Positions 18,272-27,475 of a stretch of DNA of 64,000 nt are shown here, in pieces. Both the position numbers and the translations under genes were made by a program. Positions within the stretch are counted from its first letter, which is position 1; the number at the start of each line of letters is the position of its first letter. The notes under the pieces were generated by a model. That model was not told the origin of the DNA. It saw nothing but the letters and a program-made list of their open reading frames with translations, and did not search any database. The DNA comes from an uncultured bacterium (GTDB taxonomy: Bacteria > Planctomycetota > UBA1135 > GCA-002686595), in contig CALSNU010000003.1 of NCBI GenBank assembly GCA_943787795.1, forward strand, positions 288,001 to 352,000, in the 5' to 3' direction.

Positions 18272-19056
18272 TCGGCACCTTCACCGTCGCTCGCCGGGAG
18301 CTTAGCGGCCTGTTCATGGCTCCGTTCACGTGGGTCATCCTCCTCGTGGTGCTGTTCCTCAACGGGCTGCTCTTCTCGAACACCCTGTATCAGACCCAGT
18401 TCAACGTCACGGCCTCGCTCACCGACGCCATGACGGGCGCGAGCTTTTGGCTCTGGATGATCTTCCTGCCGGCGCTGCTGTCCATGCGGCTGGTCGCCGA
18501 GGAGTCGCGGAGCGGCACCCTGGAGTACCTGCTCACCGCGCCGGTCAGCGACGCGGCGGTTGTGGTGGGGAAGTTCCTCGCCGCCACCGGCTTCCTGGCC
18601 GTGATCTGGTCGTCCTCCCTGATCTACGCCTTGTCCCTGCACCTCGCCGGTGGGCCGCCGGACTGGCCCGCGGTGCTCGGGACGTGGTTCGGGACCATCC
18701 TGGTGTCGGGGCTGTTCGTCTCCATCGGAATGCTGGCCGCGACCCTCACGTCGACGCCGCTGCTGGCCGCCTTCCTGAGCATGATCGCCTGCCTGATGTG
18801 GATCGCGCTCCCCTTCCTCGCCTCGCAGCTCATGCTCTACCTGGTGCCGCTCCTCACCTCCTCGGCGGAGGGGCAGGCCGCCCTGACGGATCTGATGGGG
18901 AACATCGTGGCGAGCATGGACGCCCTCCGGCACTTCGGGCGCTCGTTCCAGCTGGGTGTCCTCGATAGCTCCGAGCTGGTCTTCTTCCTGACCTGGATCA
19001 GCTTCTTCCTCTTCCTCACGGCGCGCTCCATCGAGGCCCGGAGGTGGCGAGGATGA
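18268..19056 (+). CDS. ABC-2 type permease (GldF-like)
   Basis: ARREL, SMRLVAEESRSGTLEYLLTAP, GKFLA; about 6 TM segments. Confidence 0.88.
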   Translation: MIGTFTVARRELSGLFMAPFTWVILLVVLFLNGLLFSNTLYQTQFNVTASLTDAMTGASFWLWMIFLPALLSMRLVAEESRSGTLEYLLTAPVSDAAVVVGKFLAATGFLAVIWSSSLIYALSLHLAGGPPDWPAVLGTWFGTILVSGLFVSIGMLAATLTSTPLLAAFLSMIACLMWIALPFLASQLMLYLVPLLTSSAEGQAALTDLMGNIVASMDALRHFGRSFQLGVLDSSELVFFLTWISFFLFLTARSIEARRWRG

Positions 19057-20663
19057 GCGGCTCCAACGCACGGGTCGGCGGCCTCTCGCGGTTCGGGATT
19101 GGCGTCCAGGTGTTCCTCACCGTCGTCCTCGCCCTGGCCGCGCTGCTGCTGGTGAACTGGCTCGTGGCGAGGCCCGGACTCCGTCACCGGATCGACCTCA
19201 CCTCGGCGGGCAGCAACACCCTCTCCACGGCGAGCCTGGGGGTGTTGGAGCAGCTGGAATCGGACATCCAGGTGGACATCCTCTTCCGACCGATGGACGC
19301 GCCGCTGACGGCGCTCGGCCAGGAGGTCCTGGTCCGCACCGATCGACTGCTGGTGATGATGGAGGAGGCCGCCGCGGGCCGCGTCGCGATCCAGGCGGTC
19401 GACACCGCGGATCAGGAGGCCTGGCGCGTCCGGCAGCAGCAGCTGCGCCTTCGGGGCTACGAGAACGGGCTCGTCATCTCCAACGGGGAGCGCCGCGAGT
19501 TCCTGGCCATGTCGGGGGACCTCGCGGTGTTCGACCTCGGCAACCCCGTGGCGAAGCTGCCCCCCAAGGTCGTGGAGTTCGATGCCGAGCGGGCCATCAT
19601 CGGGGCGATCCTGGACGTGACGAAGGGGGCCGAACGGCACGTCTATTTCACCCACGGGTTCGGCGAGCCCGACGCCCTGGAGAGCGTCGACCCATTCGGG
19701 CTGGGGCTGCTCTCGGAGGAGCTCGAGGGGGACGGACTGCGGGTGCACCGCTGGAACTACCTCGAGGATGGCCCCTTGCCCGAGGACTGCGACGCCGTGG
19801 CAGTGGTCGGGCCGGATGTCGCTTGGCCGGAGGACATGTACGCCGAGGTCGTGAGCTACGTGGAGGCCGGCGGGCGCCTCCTGGTGGCCCCGGCGGTGGA
19901 TGCTGAGGGCCTCCGCAACAGCGTCGTTCCTGACCTCCTGGAGCACTTCGGGCTGGAGGTCAGCGAGGGGCGCGTCGCGGGCGCGTTCTATTCGCAGCGT
20001 GGAATCCTCGTTGAAGGGGGCGACCCCCGGTGCGAGTGGAACGTCGTGACGCCGGACCTCATGAGCCGGCACCCGATCCTGCGCGCCATGCGGACCGCAG
20101 GGGAGGCCTTCCAGTTCAACTACTCCCATCGGATCCAGGTGGGTCTGCAGCCAGAGGATGGCGTGGCGCAGAACCTGTTCATGTCCTCCCCGGCCTCCTG
20201 GCTGGATGCTCCGCCCGGTGACCGATATCACGACCCCGCGTTGGACGGGACGTTCCGTTCCTTCCCTCTCGCGGCCACGGTCCACAGGCCGCCGATGGTG
20301 GAGGTCGACGCGCCCAAGGGGCTGGAGGTCGACCCCAAGATCCGGATCGTGGCGCTGGGCTCGCAGTTCATGCTCTCCAACACCGCCCTCGGGGAACCTT
20401 CGATGCGCGCTGCGGACCTCTTCCGTGCCGCCTTCAACTGGCTGCTCGATCGGGAGCACCGGATCGTCATGGAGGAGAAGGGCGCCGACCTGCGGTACCT
20501 CCCCCTCGATCGACCCGAGGGCGCGGTCTGGGTCATGAATGTTGCCCAGTACTACCTCCCCCTGGGCGCGCTCCTGGCGGGCGCCTTGGTGTGGTGGCGC
20601 CGCATGCGCGGCAGCCGGCGAGTGATCGCTAAGACGCCCAACTCCGAGGGAGACGCGAGATGA
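19053..20663 (+). CDS. GldG-like ABC auxiliary component
   Basis: N-terminal TM, RIDLTSAGSNTLS, VYFTHGFGE, FNWLLDRE, C-terminal TM; ATGA coupling. Confidence 0.82.
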   Translation: MSGSNARVGGLSRFGIGVQVFLTVVLALAALLLVNWLVARPGLRHRIDLTSAGSNTLSTASLGVLEQLESDIQVDILFRPMDAPLTALGQEVLVRTDRLLVMMEEAAAGRVAIQAVDTADQEAWRVRQQQLRLRGYENGLVISNGERREFLAMSGDLAVFDLGNPVAKLPPKVVEFDAERAIIGAILDVTKGAERHVYFTHGFGEPDALESVDPFGLGLLSEELEGDGLRVHRWNYLEDGPLPEDCDAVAVVGPDVAWPEDMYAEVVSYVEAGGRLLVAPAVDAEGLRNSVVPDLLEHFGLEVSEGRVAGAFYSQRGILVEGGDPRCEWNVVTPDLMSRHPILRAMRTAGEAFQFNYSHRIQVGLQPEDGVAQNLFMSSPASWLDAPPGDRYHDPALDGTFRSFPLAATVHRPPMVEVDAPKGLEVDPKIRIVALGSQFMLSNTALGEPSMRAADLFRAAFNWLLDREHRIVMEEKGADLRYLPLDRPEGAVWVMNVAQYYLPLGALLAGALVWWRRMRGSRRVIAKTPNSEGDAR

Positions 20664-22450
20664 ATCGCCTGACCACACTGATCCTCCTCGTCGCGGTCCT
20701 CGCCCTCGGCGCGGTCGCTTACCTGCAGACCGAGCGCGAGGCCCAGACGGGCCCGGCCGACGGTGCCTCGGAGGCGCTCTTCCCCGGCGTGGACCGGAGC
20801 CGGCTCGCCGCGATTCGGCTCGAGGACATCAAGGGCTCGATGCACCTGCGCTTCGAGCGCGACGTGGCGGGGCAGTGGTTCATCACCGACCCCATCGCCT
20901 GGCCTGCGGAGCAGAACCAGGTCCTTGAGATCGTGGAGGTGGTCCTGCGCAACCGCGTGGTGGCGGTCCCGGAGGCCCTCGTGGAGCAAGCGAGCAGGTC
21001 CTTCGAGCCGCCCGAGGGCTTCATCGAGGTGGAGGAGGAGATCGAGGGCGGCGAACCTCGCCGCACGCGCGTCGAGCTCGGCGCCGTGGACCTCGACGGC
21101 ATGCGCGTCTATGTGCGCCGCGACGGCAAGATCTACCGGACCCTCCGGAACTTCGAGACGCCCTTCACGCTGGGCCTCAACGAGTACCGCTCCAAGCGCA
21201 TCTTCGCGCTCCGGGCGGATGAGGTCGTGGCCCTCGAACGCATCGGTGGGTGGTACGACCAGGGTGAGCAGCAGGGCCTCGGGATGCGGGCCTTCCGCGC
21301 AGGGGCTGGCTGGCGGATTGATGCTCCCTCCCAGGCCCAGGGGGACCCGGAGCTCTTCACGCTTTGGACCCGCTTCTTGAACCGGCTAGAGGCCAAGAGG
21401 ATCGCGAGCGATCGCTCCGACGTGGACCTCGCGCTCTTCGGCCTGGATGCCCCGTGGATGTCGATCAGCGCGACGTCATTGAGCGGGGTCGTGCAGACCA
21501 TCCAGGTCGCCTCCGAGGAGGGGCGGGTCTTCTGCCGGCGCGGAGAAGAGAAGGCCGTCTTCGAGCTGGAACCGCTCGATGTGCTCCGCTTGCGCGAGCC
21601 CGTGACCAGCTTTCTGGAGGGCCAATTCGTGCGCTTCAAGCGGGATGAGCTCAAGGAGATCCTGATCGGGCGGGGCGCGCGCTCCGTTCGCCTTCGACCC
21701 GTGGGAGACGGCTGGTCCGTCTCCAGGCGATCAGAGGGGGTCGCGGAGTATTCGGCGGACCTCCCCGGGGACCGCCGTCGAATCGAGGATCTGATCTCGA
21801 CCCTCGAGGACGCGCCGGTGGTGCAGTACTTCATCGACACGGACGGGAGTGAGTTCTTCCCCGTGGGTTCCCGGGACCGTGGCGTCTGGGTGGAGACCGT
21901 GGACGGCCTCGTTCAAGGCGGCGCCATCGCCAAGGCGACTCGCAACGCCGAGGGGACGGAGGTGCTCCCGCTCCTGCGGGACGGAGACAAGATCATGGGG
22001 GCGCTGGATCCGACCTTCGCCGAGATCCTCGAGTTGCCCTTCGAGAGCCTCCTCGACCGAGAGCTCTGGACCCTCTCCAATGTTCGGCTGCGACAGCTTC
22101 GAATCCAGCAGGACGGGAGGGCTCGCGAGTGGGTCCGGGCCAACTCCTTCGACTGGCGTCCGAAGGGCACCAAGATCCCCGCGAGGGAGCTCGACCCTGT
22201 GCTCGATCACCTGCTCTTCCTGAAGGCCGAGCGGCACATCGCCGAAGGCGAGCGAGAGGAGCTCTTGAGCCCCGTCGAGGTGCGCTTTGTCGGGGGGGAC
22301 GGCGAGGTCCACGAGGCTCGCTTCGGCCGGACAGCGAGCGGGGAAGCCCAGGTTCAGCTCGGCGCGCTACGGGCCGTGCTGTCCCGGCAAGAGCTGCTCG
22401 GGGACCTGCAGGCCATCGTGGACCGCAAGCCGGACCGGCCGGGTGACTGA
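20660..22450 (+). CDS. DUF4340-domain protein
   Basis: N-terminal anchor; repeated W-x-I-x-x-P and FGLDAP modules; usual position after gldAFG. Confidence 0.75.
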   Translation: MNRLTTLILLVAVLALGAVAYLQTEREAQTGPADGASEALFPGVDRSRLAAIRLEDIKGSMHLRFERDVAGQWFITDPIAWPAEQNQVLEIVEVVLRNRVVAVPEALVEQASRSFEPPEGFIEVEEEIEGGEPRRTRVELGAVDLDGMRVYVRRDGKIYRTLRNFETPFTLGLNEYRSKRIFALRADEVVALERIGGWYDQGEQQGLGMRAFRAGAGWRIDAPSQAQGDPELFTLWTRFLNRLEAKRIASDRSDVDLALFGLDAPWMSISATSLSGVVQTIQVASEEGRVFCRRGEEKAVFELEPLDVLRLREPVTSFLEGQFVRFKRDELKEILIGRGARSVRLRPVGDGWSVSRRSEGVAEYSADLPGDRRRIEDLISTLEDAPVVQYFIDTDGSEFFPVGSRDRGVWVETVDGLVQGGAIAKATRNAEGTEVLPLLRDGDKIMGALDPTFAEILELPFESLLDRELWTLSNVRLRQLRIQQDGRAREWVRANSFDWRPKGTKIPARELDPVLDHLLFLKAERHIAEGEREELLSPVEVRFVGGDGEVHEARFGRTASGEAQVQLGALRAVLSRQELLGDLQAIVDRKPDRPGD

Positions 22451-22596
22451 CCGGGTGGCGGACCGTATGACGGACCGGCTGCCTGGCCGGGTGGCCGATC
22501 GTTGGGTCCAGCGGCTGGTGGGCCCGGCGACGGACGGGCTGGGAGAAAGAGCGGCGGAGCGGCAGGCGGGCAGCCCTGTGGGGCCGCCGGAGGAGT
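22449..22596. repeat. Degenerate 12-bp periodic intergenic repeat
   Basis: GACCGGGTGGCG / GACCGTATGACG / GACCGGCTGCCT / GGCCGGGTGGCC..., decaying to the right. Confidence 0.45.
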
Positions 22597-22673
22597 GAGG
22601 GCGAGCGGCTCCGGGCGAGATCGCGGCCCAGGTCCTTCCCTGTAGCGACCGGCCTCCCTACCATATCCCTAAC

Positions 22674-25385
22674 ATGATGGGGAGCAGCCATGAGAGGGAG
22701 GGGAGCGCGTCGGTCCGGTCCGGCGGCGAGCGGCGGGCCCGCAGGGCCCAGGGCGTCGAGGCCATCGCGCATCGCCTCGGGACCGAGCCGCCCTGGAAGG
22801 GACGCATCGTGCACTGGCGCGAGGCCGCCGCGAGGCCTGGTCGGACCTCCCCCTGGCCCGAGGCCCTCGACGAGCGACTCGTGGAGGTCTTCAAGGCGCG
22901 TGGGATCGAGGAGCCCTACGCCCATCAGTCGGCCGCCATCGAGGCCGCGCTGCGGGGCGAGGACGTGCTGGTGGCGACGCCGACGGCCAGCGGCAAGACC
23001 GTGTGCTACACCGCCCCGGTCCTGCAGTCGCTGCTCGAATCCGACGGCGCCTCCCGAGCGCTGTTCCTCTACCCGACCAAGGCCCTCTCTCAGGATCAGA
23101 CCGTGGGCCTCACGGGGCTGGTGGAGGAGTTCGTCTCCCGCCACGGGGACGCCACCGGCGCGAGGGACTGGCACGCGTTCACCTACGATGGCGATACGCC
23201 GCCGAGCGTTCGGCGCACCCTCAGGGACCGCGGGCACATGGTGCTCACCAACCCCTACATGCTCCACCAGGGCATCCTGCCCAACCACGCCAAGTGGGCG
23301 GAGCTCTTCCGCGACCTCCGGTACGTCGTGGTGGACGAGGTCCACACGCTCTCCGGGGTCTTCGGCTCCAGCGTGGCCAACGTGCTCCGACGCCTGATGC
23401 GCATCGCCCGGCATTACGGCGCGAACCCGAGGTTCCTCGCCTCATCGGCCACGGTGGCGGACCCCAAGGGGCACGCCGAGCGCCTGTTCGGACGGCCCGT
23501 GACGGTGGTGGATGAGGACGCATCACCCGCCGGCAAGCGCATCTTTGGCGTCTACGAGCCGCCCGTCGTGAACCCGGTGGCGGGGCTCCGCGCCAACGCC
23601 CTCGAGGAGGCCAGGGAGCTGGCTCGGGAGGTGGTGGGGCCCGGGCACCAGACCATCTTCTTCTGCGGTCGCCGCACGGCGGTCGAGGTGCTGACCCGGT
23701 ACCTGAAGGAGACCGCGAAGCAGCTGGGGCTCAAGCCGAGCGAGATCCGCGGCTATCGGGGCGGGTACCTGCCGGACATGCGGCGGGAGATCGAGTCCGG
23801 CCTGAAGGAGGGCAAGGTCAAGGTCGTCGTGTCCACCAACGCCCTCGAGCTGGGCGTGGATATCGGGGCCCTGGACGTCGCCGTTCTGGTGGGCTACCCG
23901 GGGAGCCAGGCGAGCTTCTGGCAGCGGGCGGGGCGGGTCGGCCGCCGCGGGAAGCCGAGCCTGGTGATTCAGATCGCCCGCAGCGAGCCGGTGGACCAGT
24001 TCCTCGTCCACCACCCCGAGTTCCTGTTCGAGGCGCCGCGGGAGCGCCTGGGCGTCGATCCGAACAACCTCGTGCTGCTCAGCGAGCACGTGAAGTGCGC
24101 GGCCTTCGAGCTGCCCTTCCGGGCGGCGGCCGAGATTGCCGAGGACCGGGGTGCCGAGGACAGAGCTGCTGGGGACAGAGCTGCTGAGGACAGAGCTGCT
24201 GAGGACAGAGCTGCTGAGGACAGAGCTGCTGACGATGGGGCTGCTGACTTTGGGGCTACTGAAGACCGGGCTGGCGAGGATGGCGCCGAGGTGCTGGAGA
24301 ACGAAGCCGAGTTCGAGCTCGCGCCGCACGTTCCCGAGATCCTGGACTACCTCGCCGATGAATCTGGCTTCCTGCACCGCAGGGGGGAGACCTGGTTCTG
24401 GATGGCCGACGCCTACCCCGCTCAGGATGTGTCCCTCGCGGGCGGGGACATCGACAACGTGCTCATCCTCGAGCAGGGCACCGAGCGCGCCATCGGCGAG
24501 ACGGATCGGGAGTCCTCCATCACCACCGTGCACGAGGGCGCCATCTACCAGGTCCAGGGGGTCACATGGCGGGTGGAGCGCTTCGACTACAAGAATCGAC
24601 GCGCCTACGTGCGGGAGGTGGAGTCGGACTACTACACGGACGCGCAGACGGACACCGAGGTGCGCGTGCTGCGCCTCGAGGAGCGCTCACGCCGGGACCG
24701 TGCGGTGGCGCGCGTGGAGTCGCCGGTTCCCCCTGAGGGACCCCGTGAGGGCGAGGATTACTCGGGCTGGCGTGGAGAGGTGCACGTGACCACGGTGGCG
24801 ACCCTGTACAAGAAGATCCGCTTCTATACCCGCGAGAACGTGGGGGCCGGGGATATCCACCTGCCCCCCGAGGAGCTCGACACCGAGGCCTTCGTCATGA
24901 CGCTCTCCGAGCCAACGGCGGACGAGCTCGGGTTGGCTGGCGGGAACCGCGGGGCCGCGTGGCGGGCGCTCGGGGAGCTGCTGCGGCGGGTCGCGCCCCT
25001 GTTCATCCGTTGCCAGCCCTCTGACCTTGGCCTCTCCAGCCACGTGAAGTCGCCACACTTCAGCAGGCCGACGCTGTTCCTCTACGACAAGGTCCAGGGT
25101 GGCGTCGGGCTCGGGGAGCTGCTCTTCAACGCGCATCGGGATCTCCTCGGTGCGGCGCTGGACGTCGTGACCCGCTGCTCGTGCCCGGCGGGGTGCCCCG
25201 CCTGCGTGGGGCCAACTGCGGAGGTCGGGCCCCTGGGCAAGGAGACCGTGGAGCGGCTTCTGAAGCACCTGGCGGGTGGGCCGTCGCCCACGGTGGCGGA
25301 CGTCGGAGACCTTGAGGCCCCCGCTGAGGAGGAGCCCGCGGACTTCGGTCCGCTGCCCCGCGGCGCGGCCACGGAGGGGCTCTGA
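22674..25385 (+). CDS. DEAD/DEAH-box helicase with C-terminal DUF1998 Zn domain (YprA/MrfA/Hrq1 family)
   Basis: TASGKT, YPTKAL, DEVH, SAT, TNALELGVDIG, QRAGRVGR; C-terminal CSCPAGCPAC. Confidence 0.92.
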   Translation: MMGSSHEREGSASVRSGGERRARRAQGVEAIAHRLGTEPPWKGRIVHWREAAARPGRTSPWPEALDERLVEVFKARGIEEPYAHQSAAIEAALRGEDVLVATPTASGKTVCYTAPVLQSLLESDGASRALFLYPTKALSQDQTVGLTGLVEEFVSRHGDATGARDWHAFTYDGDTPPSVRRTLRDRGHMVLTNPYMLHQGILPNHAKWAELFRDLRYVVVDEVHTLSGVFGSSVANVLRRLMRIARHYGANPRFLASSATVADPKGHAERLFGRPVTVVDEDASPAGKRIFGVYEPPVVNPVAGLRANALEEARELAREVVGPGHQTIFFCGRRTAVEVLTRYLKETAKQLGLKPSEIRGYRGGYLPDMRREIESGLKEGKVKVVVSTNALELGVDIGALDVAVLVGYPGSQASFWQRAGRVGRRGKPSLVIQIARSEPVDQFLVHHPEFLFEAPRERLGVDPNNLVLLSEHVKCAAFELPFRAAAEIAEDRGAEDRAAGDRAAEDRAAEDRAAEDRAADDGAADFGATEDRAGEDGAEVLENEAEFELAPHVPEILDYLADESGFLHRRGETWFWMADAYPAQDVSLAGGDIDNVLILEQGTERAIGETDRESSITTVHEGAIYQVQGVTWRVERFDYKNRRAYVREVESDYYTDAQTDTEVRVLRLEERSRRDRAVARVESPVPPEGPREGEDYSGWRGEVHVTTVATLYKKIRFYTRENVGAGDIHLPPEELDTEAFVMTLSEPTADELGLAGGNRGAAWRALGELLRRVAPLFIRCQPSDLGLSSHVKSPHFSRPTLFLYDKVQGGVGLGELLFNAHRDLLGAALDVVTRCSCPAGCPACVGPTAEVGPLGKETVERLLKHLAGGPSPTVADVGDLEAPAEEEPADFGPLPRGAATEGL
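24141..24287 (+). repeat. In-frame 15-bp tandem repeat (EDRAA), about 9-10 units
   Basis: GAGGACAGAGCTGCT near-perfect x5 at 24156-24230 with degenerate flanks. Confidence 0.9.
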
Positions 25386-25393
25386 GCGCGCAG

Positions 25394-26935
25394 ATGAAGG
25401 ACGGCTTTCGTTCCAAGCTCGCCCGGCTACGGCGTGAGGGGGACCGCCTGCGCTCGGACGCGTCTGGGAAGACCGCGGCTGTGGTTCCCAGCGCAGAGGA
25501 CCCCAGCGCAGAGGACCCCAGCGCAGGCGATCGGGACGTCGGGGCTCTGACAGCGGGGTTGCCGAGCGCAGGGGCTCCAACCCCCGGGGCTCCAGTCCCC
25601 GGGGCCTCGGGTGCTGCGGCCGCGATGCCCGCGAGTCTGAAGGCGCGCCTGGGGGGGCGCACACCCGGCGCTCGTCGCGTGCCGGGCAGCGGGCCAGGCT
25701 CCCGAGGCGCCGCCCCCGAGGGCGGGGCAGATGGGCTGCGGGAGGCGAGCTCGGCACCTCCCTCCGGGCTCGAGGAGGTGCGGCGAGCCGAGGGGAGCTT
25801 CGCGGCGCGGGAGACTCGCGTGGACGTCGGTCGCTGGCAGCACGGCGACTGGCGCCTCGATGAGGTGGACGGGGCCGGGACGGCCACCATCGCGCGGCTG
25901 GCACGCGACGCGGCGCTGGTGCAGATGCCGCTGCGAGAGGCGGTCTACCTGGACACCGAGACCAGCGGGCTCTCGGGGGGGGCCGGTGTGTATGTCTACA
26001 TGGTGGGCCTCGGCTGGTTCGAGGGGGATGAGTTCGTGAGCTGGCAGGGGTTCCTCAGGGAGCCGGGGGAGGAGCGGGCCATGCTCGCCGCGGTGGCCGA
26101 GCGGCTGCGCGCCGCCCCCGGGATGGTCTCGTTCTTCGGCAAGTCCTTCGATCGTCATCGCCTCGAGGACAAGATGCGCATCGCCGGAGTGACAGCCCCC
26201 TTCGACGGCCTGGCGCACCTTGACCTCTACCATCCGCTCCGGCGCTTGACCCAGGGCACGCTCCCCGACGGTCGGCTCCAGACCATGGAGCGGGAGCTCC
26301 TCGGCTTCCACCGGGTGGATGACCTGCCGGGGAGCCTGGCTCCTGCCGCTTGGTTCGACTTCCTGGCCGAGCGGCCCCACCGGCTGGAGGGGGTCTTCGA
26401 GCACAACCACCATGACGTGCTCTCCCTCGCCGCCTTGGCCGCGTACCTCGGCCGAGCCGAGGAAGAGACGCGCCTGGACGGCGAGCCGCTGGCGGGCGCA
26501 CCCTCTCAGCGGGCGGTGGCGCTGGCGGAGACCGCGGCCGACGAGTCCGAGGAGTTGCGCTGGATCGAGGCGGCCTTCGCCCGCGGCGCGGCGGGCGAGC
26601 CCCGTCGTCGGCTCCAGGTCCGTCAGGCGCACCTGCACCGCCGCGCGGGGAGGGTCGAGGCGGCCCGCGCCGCCTACAGGGTCGCTCTGGAGGAGGGCGC
26701 CGAGGACCGCCACGCGGTGGAGCTGTTCACGGGCGGGTCCATGCTCCTGGAGCGCCAGGTCGGTGATCTGGCCAGCGCTCACCGCCTCGCGGAGCGAGCC
26801 TTGGAGGCGGGGGTGCGGCTCGGGCTGACCGCACGGCAGCAGGAGCGCCTGCGGGACCGAGCCCGGCGGCTCGCGTCGCGGCGGGCGGCCTCAGCGGCGC
26901 CAGAAGCGGCGCAGGGCCTCGGGGAGAGCGAGTAG
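25394..26935 (+). CDS. RNase H-like DEDD exonuclease (YprB/MrfB family) with C-terminal TPR-like region
   Basis: YLDTETSGL, FFGKSFD, HLDLYHP, HNHHDVLSL; 8 bp after the helicase. Confidence 0.85.
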   Translation: MKDGFRSKLARLRREGDRLRSDASGKTAAVVPSAEDPSAEDPSAGDRDVGALTAGLPSAGAPTPGAPVPGASGAAAAMPASLKARLGGRTPGARRVPGSGPGSRGAAPEGGADGLREASSAPPSGLEEVRRAEGSFAARETRVDVGRWQHGDWRLDEVDGAGTATIARLARDAALVQMPLREAVYLDTETSGLSGGAGVYVYMVGLGWFEGDEFVSWQGFLREPGEERAMLAAVAERLRAAPGMVSFFGKSFDRHRLEDKMRIAGVTAPFDGLAHLDLYHPLRRLTQGTLPDGRLQTMERELLGFHRVDDLPGSLAPAAWFDFLAERPHRLEGVFEHNHHDVLSLAALAAYLGRAEEETRLDGEPLAGAPSQRAVALAETAADESEELRWIEAAFARGAAGEPRRRLQVRQAHLHRRAGRVEAARAAYRVALEEGAEDRHAVELFTGGSMLLERQVGDLASAHRLAERALEAGVRLGLTARQQERLRDRARRLASRRAASAAPEAAQGLGESE

Positions 26936-27475
26936 CTCCTCCTCGAAGACCCGGGCAGCCAGCGCTTCGGGGGTGTCCTCGGGGTGCACCGCACACCAGC
27001 GCTGGAGCAGGATCGGCCCGTTGTCATAGACCTCATCCACGAGGTGAACCGTGCAGCCCGTCACCTGACATCCGCGTGCGAGCACCGCGCGGTGGACCCG
27101 CGCCCCGTAGCAGCCCTTGCCACCAAAGGCGGGCAGGAGCGATGGGTGGATGTTGATCACGCGCCCCGCAAAGTCCTCCGGGATCCACAGCTTCTTGAGA
27201 AAGCCCGCGAGGATCACGGTGTCCGCATCGGCCGCTCGGATCAGGTCAAAGACGCGTCGCCCGTAGGCCTCGTCCGACTCCCCCTCGACCCCTTGCAGCA
27301 CCTCGGCTCGGAGACCGAAGCGCGCGGCTCGATCCAGGGCGCCGACGCCAGGGCGGTTCGAAATCACAAGACCGATCTCGGCGTCGAAGTCGGCGGCTGG
27401 ATCCGTCGATAGCGTCGCCAGGTTCTCCAGGTGCCGTCCGGTGCCGGACACCAGGACAGCCAGGCGGTGGCTCAC
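26891..27475 (-). CDS. purN: Phosphoribosylglycinamide formyltransferase
   Basis: GTG start, LAVLVSGTG, VISNRP, LAGFL, INIHPSLLPAFGGKG, TGCTVH, YDNGPI. Confidence 0.93.
   Translation of the reverse strand: MSHRLAVLVSGTGRHLENLATLSTDPAADFDAEIGLVISNRPGVGALDRAARFGLRAEVLQGVEGESDEAYGRRVFDLIRAADADTVILAGFLKKLWIPEDFAGRVINIHPSLLPAFGGKGCYGARVHRAVLARGCQVTGCTVHLVDEVYDNGPILLQRWCAVHPEDTPEALAARVFEEELLALPEALRRFWRR

Noticed and set aside
24141..24287. Tandem repeats as a CRISPR array (also 51408..51472)
   Set aside because: No unique spacers, units too short, and no cas genes
22674..25385. DISARM/Druantia-type defence system suggested by DUF1998
   Set aside because: DUF1998 is fused to the helicase and paired with a YprB-like nuclease; no methylase or other defence genes are adjacent
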